A stretch of DNA of 64,000 nt from contig CBFHTA010000001.1 in assembly GCA_965658655.1 (NCBI GenBank), positions 104,722-168,721 of the forward strand. Direction: 5' to 3'. Positions 48,196 through 58,049 of this stretch are shown in pieces. The position numbers and the translations under genes are program-made. How positions within the stretch are numbered: position 1 is the first letter of the stretch; each line of letters starts with the position of its first letter. Origin of the DNA: Candidatus Babelota bacterium. Its GTDB lineage: Bacteria; Babelota; Babeliae; Babelales; CAIQNR01. Below the pieces are notes generated by a model that worked only from the letters and a program-made list of their open reading frames with translations, had not been told where the DNA came from and ran no database searches.

Positions 48196-49707
48196 ATGAA
48201 AAAAATTCTCATTAACGAAGAACCATGGCAAACAAGAGTTGCAATAATCGACAAAGAAGGTATTCAAAATATTTACTTCTGGTCGCACACAAGCAACCAT
48301 ATTGAACGTTGTTTTTATAAAGGTGTTGTTGGTAAAGTTCTGCCAGGCATTCAAACCGCTTTTGTTGATATCGGTCAACCAAAAGCAGGTTTTTTACATA
48401 TCTCAGAAATTGATCGCGAACTTGCTATTAATAAGATGTCAGACAATCTTGGCGATCTAGAATCAACTGAGAAGAAGAAAAAGCGCCCTACTCGCCAACC
48501 AATGGATATTGGTAAAATTTTAAAAGAAAAAGAAGAGATTCTAGTTCAAGTAAGCAAAGAACCTGTGAATGAAAAAGGCGCGAAACTTACCACCTGCTTT
48601 GCATTGCCTGGTCGATTTATTGTTTTAATGCCATCTATTCCCCGCATTGGTATTTCTAAAAAAATAGAAAGTCGCGACGAGCGTAACCGCCTTAGAGACT
48701 TAATACTCAGTTTGCTACCCGAAGGAATGGGAGCCATCATTAGAACGTCTACAGAAAATCGATCTGATGATGATATTAAAAACGACATAGAATACTTGCT
48801 TGACACCTGGAACACCATTCAAGACAACTACAAAAAAGCAAAGCCTCAAGAAAAAATTTATGAAGACATTGACTTATCTTTTCAGGTGGTCCGAGACCAC
48901 TTAGATGATGATGTTTCTGAGATCATTGTAGACAATAAAGAAGCTCAACGACGTTTAGCATCATTTGTAAACAAAGTTGCTCAAGAACACTCCGCAAAGA
49001 TTAAAACCTATACAGGCAAAACTCCGCTGTTTGAAAAATATGATATTGAACGCCAAATAAAAAGCTCCCTAAACCCAAAAGTTGATCTTAAATCTGGTGG
49101 GTCAATTGTTATAGAAGCCACCGAAGCTATGACTGTAGTTGACGTTAACACTGGTCGTTATACAGGTAAATCAAATCTTGAAGACACCATATTTAAAACT
49201 AATATGGAAGCAGCTCAAGAAATCACACGTCAACTAAAAGTTCGCAATATTGGTGGGCTAATAGTAATTGATTTTATCGATATGAGTAATAGCTCAAACA
49301 GACAAAAACTTTTTAGATCTTTTGAAAAACTACTAAAAGAACAAGATAAATTCCAATCGGTGCTTTTAAAGATATCTGAATTTGGATTAGTTCAAATGAC
49401 CAGAAAACGTTCTGGAAAGACCCTTTCAAAGCAACTTACAGATCCCTGTAACACCTGTACAGGATCAGGAGTAACACCCTCTGTAAGCGCAGAAAGCTAC
49501 GCGTTGTTGCGACATCTTAAAGAAGAGCTTTTAACAAAAAAAGTATCTGGTGAAATCATTATTCAACTAAGCCCAGAAGTATTTGACTATATTTCCAACA
49601 ACGAATACACCACAGTTCTTGATTTTGAAAAAGAAACAGGCAATAAAATTATGCTCGAACGAGAGAACAACTTACCAATTGGAACCTTTAAGATTGCTAC
49701 AAAATAA
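48196..49707 (+). CDS. Ribonuclease E/G family (RNase G length)
   Basis: S1 domain AFVDIG, DVNTG, GGLIVIDFIDM, CxxC zinc link. Confidence 0.95.
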   Translation: MKKILINEEPWQTRVAIIDKEGIQNIYFWSHTSNHIERCFYKGVVGKVLPGIQTAFVDIGQPKAGFLHISEIDRELAINKMSDNLGDLESTEKKKKRPTRQPMDIGKILKEKEEILVQVSKEPVNEKGAKLTTCFALPGRFIVLMPSIPRIGISKKIESRDERNRLRDLILSLLPEGMGAIIRTSTENRSDDDIKNDIEYLLDTWNTIQDNYKKAKPQEKIYEDIDLSFQVVRDHLDDDVSEIIVDNKEAQRRLASFVNKVAQEHSAKIKTYTGKTPLFEKYDIERQIKSSLNPKVDLKSGGSIVIEATEAMTVVDVNTGRYTGKSNLEDTIFKTNMEAAQEITRQLKVRNIGGLIVIDFIDMSNSSNRQKLFRSFEKLLKEQDKFQSVLLKISEFGLVQMTRKRSGKTLSKQLTDPCNTCTGSGVTPSVSAESYALLRHLKEELLTKKVSGEIIIQLSPEVFDYISNNEYTTVLDFEKETGNKIMLERENNLPIGTFKIATK

Positions 49708-49709
49708 CA

Positions 49710-50213
49710 TTACAGGATAACACAGACACTCTTTTGTCCTCTAGGTGTATTCCGAAGCCTTCCAAGTTCATTCTCAGATTCTTGAAGTTTTTGCTCAATC
49801 TCTGCTTTTTCTCTTCTCAAGCGAAAGCTGTCTATAGATAATAATTCAAGAGCTCTTTGATCGATCTTTAATTGCTTCTCTTGCTGCTTTACATACCCAT
49901 AAAGAAAAGCTACCCCTCCAGCTCCTACAAATCCCATTACCCAAGGGTTCTGGGGCTCAAGAATATTGCTTGGCAAAGAATCCACCCCTTTAGAGTAACC
50001 AATCCCCATGACTGCTCCAACCACCGCTGCTCCTAGATACCTGCACACAATAGAACTGTTAGGCTCAGAATCTCTACCTTCAATATCTCGTTTGGCGATT
50101 TTACGCTTATCCCTTATAGCTACCCGATCAATAACACTATCGTTCAAATCGGCTGCAAAAATCGAAACAGTACTGCTTAACACTGCAAGAAACAAGCTTA
50201 TTTTTATTTTCAT
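49710..50213 (-). CDS. Hypothetical exported protein: hydrophobic hairpin, coiled coil and C-terminal CaaX (CVIL)
   Basis: Signal peptide, two Gly-rich TMs, heptad region, ends KSVCVIL-stop. Confidence 0.75.
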   Translation of the reverse strand: MKIKISLFLAVLSSTVSIFAADLNDSVIDRVAIRDKRKIAKRDIEGRDSEPNSSIVCRYLGAAVVGAVMGIGYSKGVDSLPSNILEPQNPWVMGFVGAGGVAFLYGYVKQQEKQLKIDQRALELLSIDSFRLRREKAEIEQKLQESENELGRLRNTPRGQKSVCVIL

Positions 50214-50403
50214 AATAAATTCTCTATCTATATCTAAAGCTCCTCCCTAAGAGTACGCTTTTTTTATTCTATTTGTAAAAGCGCCTCTCAAACTTAACTG
50301 TGCCGATAAACTAACAAAACAGGCTTAAACTTCCCTTTGTCTGGCATTTTGCTATACTGAAAGCTTCTTCCAAAACAAGGTATTTAAACGGCAAAGGACT
50401 CGC

Positions 50404-51861
50404 ATGGCAGAGCACAAATCAATTATTGAAGCTTATCCAGACTATCGTGTTGATATTGGTATCGAAGTACATGTTCAATTAAACACCAAAAGTAAAATCT
50501 TCTGTTCATCTTCTAATGACCAGACAGAAACTGCCAACAGTCATATTTGCCAGATTTGTACTGGCTATCCTGGAACACTGCCTGTCTTAAACAAAAAGGT
50601 CGTAGAGTTCGGAATAAAAGCGGCACTTGCTACTGGATCAAAGATCGCTACAAAAAGCACTTTTGCTCGCAAACACTATTTCTACCCTGATTTGCCAAAA
50701 GATTACCAAATTACTCAAGACAAAAAACCAATCTGCACAGAAGGTAAAGTAACTATTACCAAGGAAGATGGCACCGAAAAAGAGATTCGTTTAATTCGCA
50801 TCCATATGGAAGAAGATGCGGGTAAAAATATTCACGCACAAGGTGATGAAAGTTTTGTAGACTTTAACCGTGCCGGAACTCCTTTATTAGAAATAGTAAG
50901 CTACCCAGATATTGAATCTACCGAAGAAGTTCGTGCTTATTTAAAAAAAGTACGCTCTCTTGTGCAGTATCTTGGAATTTCTACTGGGAATATGGAAGAA
51001 GGCTCTTTCCGTGCAGACACTAATATTTCTGTACGTAAAAAAGACTCTAAAGAGCTGGGTACACGCTGTGAACTTAAAAATATTAACTCCTTTAAATTCA
51101 TTAGCGACGCTGTTGAATACGAAATTCAACGTCAAATTGAACTTCTTGAAAGTGGTGAAGAAGTAAAACAACAAACACGTTTATGGGACACTAAGAAACG
51201 TGAGTCTCGACCAATGCGTTCTAAAGAAGAAGCAGCAGACTACCGCTACTTCCAAGACCCAGACCTACCAGTTATAGAAATTAACGATGAATGGATTAAT
51301 CGTGTTCAAGCAACCCTGCCAGAACTGCCTGATCAAAAATTAAAACGCCTAAAAGAACAATTTGGTATTAATACTTATGAAGCAGGAATTCTCGTAGACG
51401 ATCGAGAACTTGCCCTGTACTTTGAAGACGCTGCAAAACACACGCAAAACAAACAACTCATCAACTGGGTATTGCGAGATATTATGGGCTACCTAAAAGA
51501 ACACAAGCTTCATATTTCTAACTTTAAAATGTCTCCCAACAAGCTTGCAGAGCTGATGAACTTGCTCGGTGACGGCGCCATTAATAATCGTGCAGCACGA
51601 GAAGTATTTGAGATAGTTGCAAAGAATGGAACCAATCCTACCCAAGTTGTTAAAGACAAAGGTCTCGAGCAGATTGGCGACTCTAAAGAGTTAGAAAAAA
51701 TCGTTAAAGAGATTGTCGAAGCCAATCCAGAAAGTGTTGAAAAATATAAATCTGGAAAAGACAAGCTCTTTGGTTTCTTTGTTGGTCAAGCAATGCAGAA
51801 AACCAAAGGCAAAGGTAATCCAAAAATTATTAACGAAATACTTAAAAAATATTTGAGTTAA
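50404..51861 (+). CDS. gatB: Asp-tRNA(Asn)/Glu-tRNA(Gln) amidotransferase subunit B
   Basis: IGIEVHVQL, RKHYFYPDLPK, HMEEDAGK, ELKNINS, RSKEEAADYRYF. Confidence 0.97.
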   Translation: MAEHKSIIEAYPDYRVDIGIEVHVQLNTKSKIFCSSSNDQTETANSHICQICTGYPGTLPVLNKKVVEFGIKAALATGSKIATKSTFARKHYFYPDLPKDYQITQDKKPICTEGKVTITKEDGTEKEIRLIRIHMEEDAGKNIHAQGDESFVDFNRAGTPLLEIVSYPDIESTEEVRAYLKKVRSLVQYLGISTGNMEEGSFRADTNISVRKKDSKELGTRCELKNINSFKFISDAVEYEIQRQIELLESGEEVKQQTRLWDTKKRESRPMRSKEEAADYRYFQDPDLPVIEINDEWINRVQATLPELPDQKLKRLKEQFGINTYEAGILVDDRELALYFEDAAKHTQNKQLINWVLRDIMGYLKEHKLHISNFKMSPNKLAELMNLLGDGAINNRAAREVFEIVAKNGTNPTQVVKDKGLEQIGDSKELEKIVKEIVEANPESVEKYKSGKDKLFGFFVGQAMQKTKGKGNPKIINEILKKYLS

Positions 51862-51865
51862 AACA

Positions 51866-51900
51866 AAAAAATAGGGCCGATTTTTCGGCCCTTATTTTTT
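51866..51900. terminator. Bidirectional terminator
   Basis: AGGGCCGA/TCGGCCCT stem flanked by A- and T-tracts, between convergent genes. Confidence 0.85.
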
Positions 51901-51901
51901 A

Positions 51902-52519
51902 CTACCGCCCCCATCTAGACCATAAGCTTTTTACTTTATTGTGCACTGTTTTATGAAGCGCTTTGTTTTCTTCAAAGCCTGCGTTCATCTGAGCAGAAAG
52001 GCGGTCCTCTCCATTCTTAAGTGCTTGTCTTGTTTTAGCAAAACCTTCCTTTGTGGTTCCCACTAAAGAATCATGAAGACTTTTTGCGTGTCCTTTAAGA
52101 GCAGCCTCTGTAGCTAGAAGATCGTTTTTACGAGCAGCAGTTGCCTCAAGACTTTTTACGCCTCCCTGAATATCTTTCACTCTTATTTGAACATCTTCAA
52201 GACGAGAGCCTTGGTTACCAAGTGTAAACCCTAGTGCTACGCCGCCGGCTGTTCCAGCTGCTTTTTGGCTCCAAGAATCTCCTGCTGCATAATACCCAGT
52301 AACACCACCGGCAACGGTAGCCGCTGCTCTTTTTGGATTTTCTGTAACTTTTTGTGTAATCACTCTTTTAGCTGTTTGCACACCGACTCTTGCCACTTGA
52401 GTCTTTGTGCGAGCCGCCATAACTAAGCGTTGTGCTGTAGCTCTTGCTGGACCAACAAACGTATCTGTTTGCGCTGAGCTCAAAAGAGCTGTAATTACTA
52501 ATAACTGTTTTGTGTTCAT
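51902..52519 (-). CDS. Hypothetical exported protein: glycine-zipper hairpin and coiled coil
   Basis: Signal peptide; AAATVAGGVTGYYA and AAGTAGGVALGFTLG; helical C-terminal half. Confidence 0.72.
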   Translation of the reverse strand: MNTKQLLVITALLSSAQTDTFVGPARATAQRLVMAARTKTQVARVGVQTAKRVITQKVTENPKRAAATVAGGVTGYYAAGDSWSQKAAGTAGGVALGFTLGNQGSRLEDVQIRVKDIQGGVKSLEATAARKNDLLATEAALKGHAKSLHDSLVGTTKEGFAKTRQALKNGEDRLSAQMNAGFEENKALHKTVHNKVKSLWSRWGR

Positions 52520-52556
52520 AATCAAATTCCCTAAGTAATTATCAATTTAACAAAAT

Positions 52557-53399
52557 TTACTCTGCAAAAGCCGCAGCTCCATTCTGACCTGTAAATTCAG
52601 AAGGAAGTGCCATCCGAACCTCACCACCAATTTCAGCTCCTTGAGAAGCCAATAAATGCTGGGCAGTTGCAACATACGCCACGTTTTGTTGTTTTAGTAA
52701 CTCAACATGATTTTTTATTTCATCGTCTTCAGCAACGTACTTTTTTAAGTTAAGCTGGTGACTTCGATTATTAGTATAAGCGGCACCCAAATGCGCAATC
52801 GCGTGTAACCCTGTTTGCTTTTTGATACTATCAATCGAAACTTTAAATTCGCCCTCTGCTTGTTCTGATCTAGCGTTTGCAGCGGCAACATCTTCGTGTA
52901 AGCCAGTAATTGCTACATTTTGCCTCTCAATAGTTCTTTGACGATTAGCTGCTAGATCTCTTTGAGTATTTCTTTCGCCTTCTAAGACCCCGTTCGCTGC
53001 TATCAACTGAGTATTTGTTACATGCAACCCTCTAACCTCGTTCTCGAGACCTGTAGCTCGTCTTTGAGCAGCATTTCGCTCGCCGCGCAATTCTCCTCGT
53101 TCTTCTTCAAGAGATCGATACTGTCTGTTCCCAAGCCATACACCACCACAAAGACCTCCCAGGCCAATCCAGCCTAACCAGCCATCTGAGGCACCAGTAC
53201 AATGAGCAGCAGTATATGCAGCTCCACCGCCGGCAACACCATATATTGTTTGATGAGTTACATACCTTTTCGCGGGAACCCAACTCCATAACATTGCACG
53301 AAAACTACGTGGCTGCTCCTTTTCTCCGGATTCTAAAGAAGCTTCAACAGAAAAAGCCAAACTCAACAACATTAAACCTAAAAATATATTCTTTTTCAT
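52557..53399 (-). CDS. Hypothetical exported protein: glycine-rich hairpin and long coiled coil
   Basis: Signal peptide ending VEA; YGVAGGGAAY and IGLGGLCGGVWLG; heptad repeats. Confidence 0.75.
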   Translation of the reverse strand: MKKNIFLGLMLLSLAFSVEASLESGEKEQPRSFRAMLWSWVPAKRYVTHQTIYGVAGGGAAYTAAHCTGASDGWLGWIGLGGLCGGVWLGNRQYRSLEEERGELRGERNAAQRRATGLENEVRGLHVTNTQLIAANGVLEGERNTQRDLAANRQRTIERQNVAITGLHEDVAAANARSEQAEGEFKVSIDSIKKQTGLHAIAHLGAAYTNNRSHQLNLKKYVAEDDEIKNHVELLKQQNVAYVATAQHLLASQGAEIGGEVRMALPSEFTGQNGAAAFAE

Positions 53400-53488
53400 A
53401 GCAACATCCTTTGCTTAAACGCACTTCAAGCGACTTATCTAATAAATAATACTACCAACTTAAAGTCTATCTAGCAAAAGGAAAGCCT

Positions 53489-54294
53489 TTACTGAAGCTT
53501 ATTTTGAAAGTATCGACTAGCAATTAAACTTAAACTAATTGCCCCCAATAAAAAAATAAAAAGAGGAAGAAGGCAAGTGAAAAAGAAATAGAACCAATTC
53601 ATAAGCTCAAAGTAATAGTTGGACTTACCTGTTGCAGTAAAGTAATAAAGAACAGGCCCTTGCCAATAGCGAGCAATAAACTGAAATGTATTACGAACAA
53701 ACCAAGAAGGTGAGCCTTTCCCGTACCTAAACATAAGTACATTATTAAAATGCACTAACCAATAAATTGGATACGTTTCTAGCCGGTCAGGATACGCAAC
53801 CTCTCCGTAAAAAACTTGTTCTATATCTTTAAAAGAGCCATCAAGAACCGGTTTAGAAATATCAATAGCACCAATTAATTGATCATTTTTCTTAAAACTT
53901 ACATTAAATATTGGGCCATAAATAACCCATTTGTTTTTTCAAACACTTCAACCAAAGTGTGTGTAGCATAAGGATCGCCAACACTTTTCACTACGAATAA
54001 TTTTCGCGCTTTATAGCCCTGCAATTGTAATTGTTTTAAAAACAACTCAGACATATCATTACAGTTTTTCCCGTTAACAACTCCATTCATAACTTTCTTC
54101 ATAATCTCTTGAGGAGAAAGACTTGATACGTCTTGATGATTTGCCCCATTGTTACAACCCAAAAGCTCAAAATTTTTGACAGGAACAATTTTATAAAAAG
54201 CATCATAGTGACGCAAAAGAAAAATACCTGCAACGTTTGTAATAACTAAAAAAACAATGACGGCTTGATCCTGCGATACAATTTTCAACTCCAC
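53489..54294 (-). pseudogene. Frameshifted transglutaminase-like membrane protein
   Basis: NCNDMS...HTLVEVFEK continues in the shifted frame as KWVIYGPIFN and runs without a stop into ORF 53489..53755. The shift is at an A6 run (53934-53939). Confidence 0.7.
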
Positions 54295-54420
54295 TTAAAG
54301 CCACTCAACATGGCTCGAAAATAATTTTTCTATTTTCAGCTACTTTGACCAAGGGGACAACTCATCCCGAACGAGGTTAAAAACGGTCTATCGATAAGTC
54401 AAAAAAGTAAACCTTCCAGC

Positions 54421-55302
54421 CTACCCTAACTGATACTTGCGAGCCTTCTCTAAAATAAAACCTTCTTTACACAGCCCATTCAAGATTTTTTCTACACGTT
54501 CTTCTTGGTCTGGAAAAAGAGCGTGCAATTGTTTTAGTGTTGCCGATGATCTTTCCGCTAAGCTTTTAACAATCGCCCCTCTAATCTGACGATCAGAACC
54601 CTCGAATTTTGACTGCGTTGTGTGATGCTTGCTTTTTCGACTTGGGTTTTTATAGAGCCTTTTTAGCACCACTCCATAATCCATCAATGCATAGTACCAT
54701 TCACGAGGATTCACATAATCCACTGTTAATTCAATTAAAGGCATAAGCTCTTTGTCTGTAACATCTTGATGGTCATTAAAAAATGCGTGCAAATAAACCG
54801 CACGAATATTGGTTTCTATAAAAACTGTTGGTTTATTAAAGGCAAAAGCAACAATAGAAGATGCTGTCGCAGGGCCAAGGCCCTTAAATGTCTCTAATAC
54901 TTCTGGATCGTCTGGCAGTTGACCATCAAACTCTTTGATTACTTTTTGAGCAATACCATGAAGTGCCAAACCGCGACGATTATAACCAAGACCAACCCAT
55001 TCAGCCAAAACTGCTCTTACAGGCGCATTAGCGAGCTCTTCGAACGTTTTAAATTCATGCGTAAATGTTTGAAATTTTTCAACAACACGTTGCGTTTGAG
55101 TTTGTTGCAGCATAACTTCAGAAACTACAATTTTATATGGGTCAATTGTGTTTCGCCACGCAAATAAACGCTTCTCTTGATGATAAAAATTCCACACTGC
55201 TTGCCTAAAATGCTCTAAAAGTTTTGGTGAAATTTCTTGTTTTTTAAGTTCTTTAGAGAAACGCTGATAAAAGCCTTTTAATGGATCTTGTTTGTGAGTC
55301 AT
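54421..55302 (-). CDS. mutY: A/G-specific adenine glycosylase-like protein (HhH-GPD) lacking the Fe-S cysteines
   Basis: WR...PYKIVVSEVMLQQTQ, WVGLGYNRR, GLGPATA, ALMDYG. Confidence 0.82.
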   Translation of the reverse strand: MTHKQDPLKGFYQRFSKELKKQEISPKLLEHFRQAVWNFYHQEKRLFAWRNTIDPYKIVVSEVMLQQTQTQRVVEKFQTFTHEFKTFEELANAPVRAVLAEWVGLGYNRRGLALHGIAQKVIKEFDGQLPDDPEVLETFKGLGPATASSIVAFAFNKPTVFIETNIRAVYLHAFFNDHQDVTDKELMPLIELTVDYVNPREWYYALMDYGVVLKRLYKNPSRKSKHHTTQSKFEGSDRQIRGAIVKSLAERSSATLKQLHALFPDQEERVEKILNGLCKEGFILEKARKYQLG

Positions 55303-55308
55303 AGTATC

Positions 55309-57945
55309 TTACTGTTTTTCATCCTCTAGGCGACCAACTTCAAATGTAACCATCTTCTCTACGTTGAGGATTTTTCGCGCTGCTTCTTTTACCTCTTCAA
55401 GGGTGATTTTTTCTAACGCAATGTCACGAGTGTCAAAATAGTCCTCACCTAACCCAAAACGATCAATTGCTATAAATGCACTTGCCATAGACTTATTAGA
55501 AGAAAAATGGTCAACTCGACTGCTGACTAATGTTTGTTTTGCGCGCTCAAGTTCGTCTTCTGTTATAGAGTCTATTACTTCACTCATTGTTTTTGTAATT
55601 GCTTTTTTCGCTTCTTCTAAACGATCTTTAGAAACAATAGTTCGAACCACACACATGCCAGGCTCTTCATCTGCTCCTGCAATGAGAGATCCAGAAATAC
55701 TATAAAATAATCCTGTTTGCTCGCGCAAAGCAAAAAGACGCGAGTTCATAGAACCAGAAGACCCACCACCAAAGATTTGGTCAAACAAAAGAAGCTTATC
55801 AAAGTCAGGGTGGCTACGACCTACAGAAGTACCTGCAAATGCGAGTACAACCTGGTCTCTATTGATAGGATAAGTTACGCGTTGTTGTGTAACCTGCTGT
55901 AAAGCAGGGCATATCTTATCATGCACAGCGGCACGTTCCCAACTACTAAGATGCTTTTCTAAAGCAAACTGAATGTCGCACTCTTTTAGGTCACCGACAA
56001 TAGAAATTCGTGCCCCCGAAGGAGACATATGCGCCTTGTAAAAATCAACTAAATCTTTGCGTGTAATTTTTTTCACACTCTCAAATGTTCCATAATAATT
56101 TTGGGAATAAGGATGATTTTCGTAAATTTTTTCTCGAATTAAATGACCAGAGAAATCCCTTGGAGAATCCCAATACATAGTAAGATCGGTCAATAGATGA
56201 TCACGCACTTTCTCTATTTCTTTCTCATCAAATGTTGCGTTGATTAAAATCTCATTCAAAAACTCTAATGCTTTTTCAAAATCATCACTCAGCGAACTCA
56301 GCACTATGAATCCCGGCTCAACACCCAAAGACATTCCATAATCTTCCATTGCTTGCGCAAGTTGATTGCCAGGATAATTTTTTGTACCTTCAACAAGCAT
56401 AGAACACATAAAACTATAAAGGCCTTGAAGCTCTGCTGGGTCATAATGGCGACGTGCTTTAAAAGATAAAATAATGTCTATTTTAGGAAGATTTTCATTG
56501 CTGTGCGTAAAGACTTTCAAGCCATTTGAAAGTACAAACTTTTTGGGTTTATGAAAAGTAAACGGCTTTGCTTTTTTAATTTCAACTTTTCCTGCATGTA
56601 CTGGTTGCTCAACTGGAAGCTCACGCACTCGGCCTTCTAAAATACGCGCGTCTTCTTGGTCAGATAAGCGCTGCAGGTCTGCCCACAAGCTTCTTCCGTT
56701 TTCATCAAGAGGTAAAACTTTTCCTGAATGCATAACCGATGGAGAAAAATATTTTTGCAGTAAATTTTTAATTTCTTGTTCAAGTTTTTCTGTAGGATAA
56801 TTAATGTATGTAAACGTAAAGTTTTCATCACCTGTTTTTATAAAACTACTTGCAATGGCTTGCGCTTGACCATTATTACTCTCAAGAGATTTAACATGCG
56901 CAACCTTGACTGCTTTAACTGCACGCTTTAATTCTCGCTCAGAAATTCCATCCTTAATTACTTTTGCAATCTCTTCGTAAACTGCTTTTGTAATCGTTTC
57001 TATGTCTTCTTCTTTTTTAGGCTCGGCATAAATAAAAGCTACTGATGCATCTTCTAGGCGATCGAGCATCACCGCAACATCGGTTGCTATGTGCATTTCA
57101 TCAACAAGCCTCTTGTACAATCGCGAACTTTTCCCGCGACCTAAAACAACACTTAACACTTCAAAAACGTATCGTTTTTTTTCTTTTTCCCCTGGAAGAA
57201 TTGCCGCCAACAACATAAATGGCTGCTTAACGTCGCGCCTTAATGTAACAGCTGTAGCACCCAGCTCTTTCCCATGGTAAAACTCTGGGCGTGTGTATGC
57301 TTCATCTTTTTTCACAGCTCCAAAGATCTTTTCAGCTTCTTCAAAAACCTCTTCTGGTTTTACATCACCAACAACTACAAGTACTGCGTTGTTGGGCACA
57401 TAATGTTTTTTATAAAAATTAAAAAGCGTATCTCTTTTTACATTCCATAAATCTTGCTTAAATCCAATGATTGGATAATGGTAGGGGTGGTCGGCAAACA
57501 TTGCTTGTAACATCTTTTCTGCAAGATCATTAAAGTAATCATCTTTGTACATCTTCAATTCTTGAATTACTGCCTTCATTTCAGAATTAAGCATTTGCTC
57601 ATCAAAGCGAGCGTTCTCCATGCAATCTGCATACATACGCAACGCTTCTTTCCAGTGCTGTGTTGGAAAATCAAAAATATATCCTGTGGCATCGTGTGAT
57701 GTGTAAGCATTAGTATAACCCGACAGTTTTTCGGTAATAACGTTAATGTCAGATTCAGAAAGAGTTTTTGTTCCTTTAAAAATCATGTGCTCAATCAAAT
57801 GAGCAAGCCCTTTTTGACCAGTTTGCTCATCTTTTGAACCCACATGATACACTAATTGTGTAGCAACTTTTGGAACCAGGCTCACAGGCCTAACCAACAC
57901 TGTTAACCCATTTAAAAGAACTTTCTTAAAAACCATTGTCTGCAT
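55309..57945 (-). CDS. M16 (insulinase/pitrilysin-family) zinc peptidase, fused two-module type
   Basis: Inverzincin motif HLIEHMIFKG, NAYTS; second module has SRLFALRE and no HxxEH. Confidence 0.92.
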   Translation of the reverse strand: MQTMVFKKVLLNGLTVLVRPVSLVPKVATQLVYHVGSKDEQTGQKGLAHLIEHMIFKGTKTLSESDINVITEKLSGYTNAYTSHDATGYIFDFPTQHWKEALRMYADCMENARFDEQMLNSEMKAVIQELKMYKDDYFNDLAEKMLQAMFADHPYHYPIIGFKQDLWNVKRDTLFNFYKKHYVPNNAVLVVVGDVKPEEVFEEAEKIFGAVKKDEAYTRPEFYHGKELGATAVTLRRDVKQPFMLLAAILPGEKEKKRYVFEVLSVVLGRGKSSRLYKRLVDEMHIATDVAVMLDRLEDASVAFIYAEPKKEEDIETITKAVYEEIAKVIKDGISERELKRAVKAVKVAHVKSLESNNGQAQAIASSFIKTGDENFTFTYINYPTEKLEQEIKNLLQKYFSPSVMHSGKVLPLDENGRSLWADLQRLSDQEDARILEGRVRELPVEQPVHAGKVEIKKAKPFTFHKPKKFVLSNGLKVFTHSNENLPKIDIILSFKARRHYDPAELQGLYSFMCSMLVEGTKNYPGNQLAQAMEDYGMSLGVEPGFIVLSSLSDDFEKALEFLNEILINATFDEKEIEKVRDHLLTDLTMYWDSPRDFSGHLIREKIYENHPYSQNYYGTFESVKKITRKDLVDFYKAHMSPSGARISIVGDLKECDIQFALEKHLSSWERAAVHDKICPALQQVTQQRVTYPINRDQVVLAFAGTSVGRSHPDFDKLLLFDQIFGGGSSGSMNSRLFALREQTGLFYSISGSLIAGADEEPGMCVVRTIVSKDRLEEAKKAITKTMSEVIDSITEDELERAKQTLVSSRVDHFSSNKSMASAFIAIDRFGLGEDYFDTRDIALEKITLEEVKEAARKILNVEKMVTFEVGRLEDEKQ

Positions 57946-58049
57946 TTGTTATTCCTCTATACTTTGTACTAATCAAACCATAAGAATGGTACACCGATCT
58001 GTACTTATTAGCAACGCACATTTTGCCACCCTTGGCGCCAAAGGCCCCT

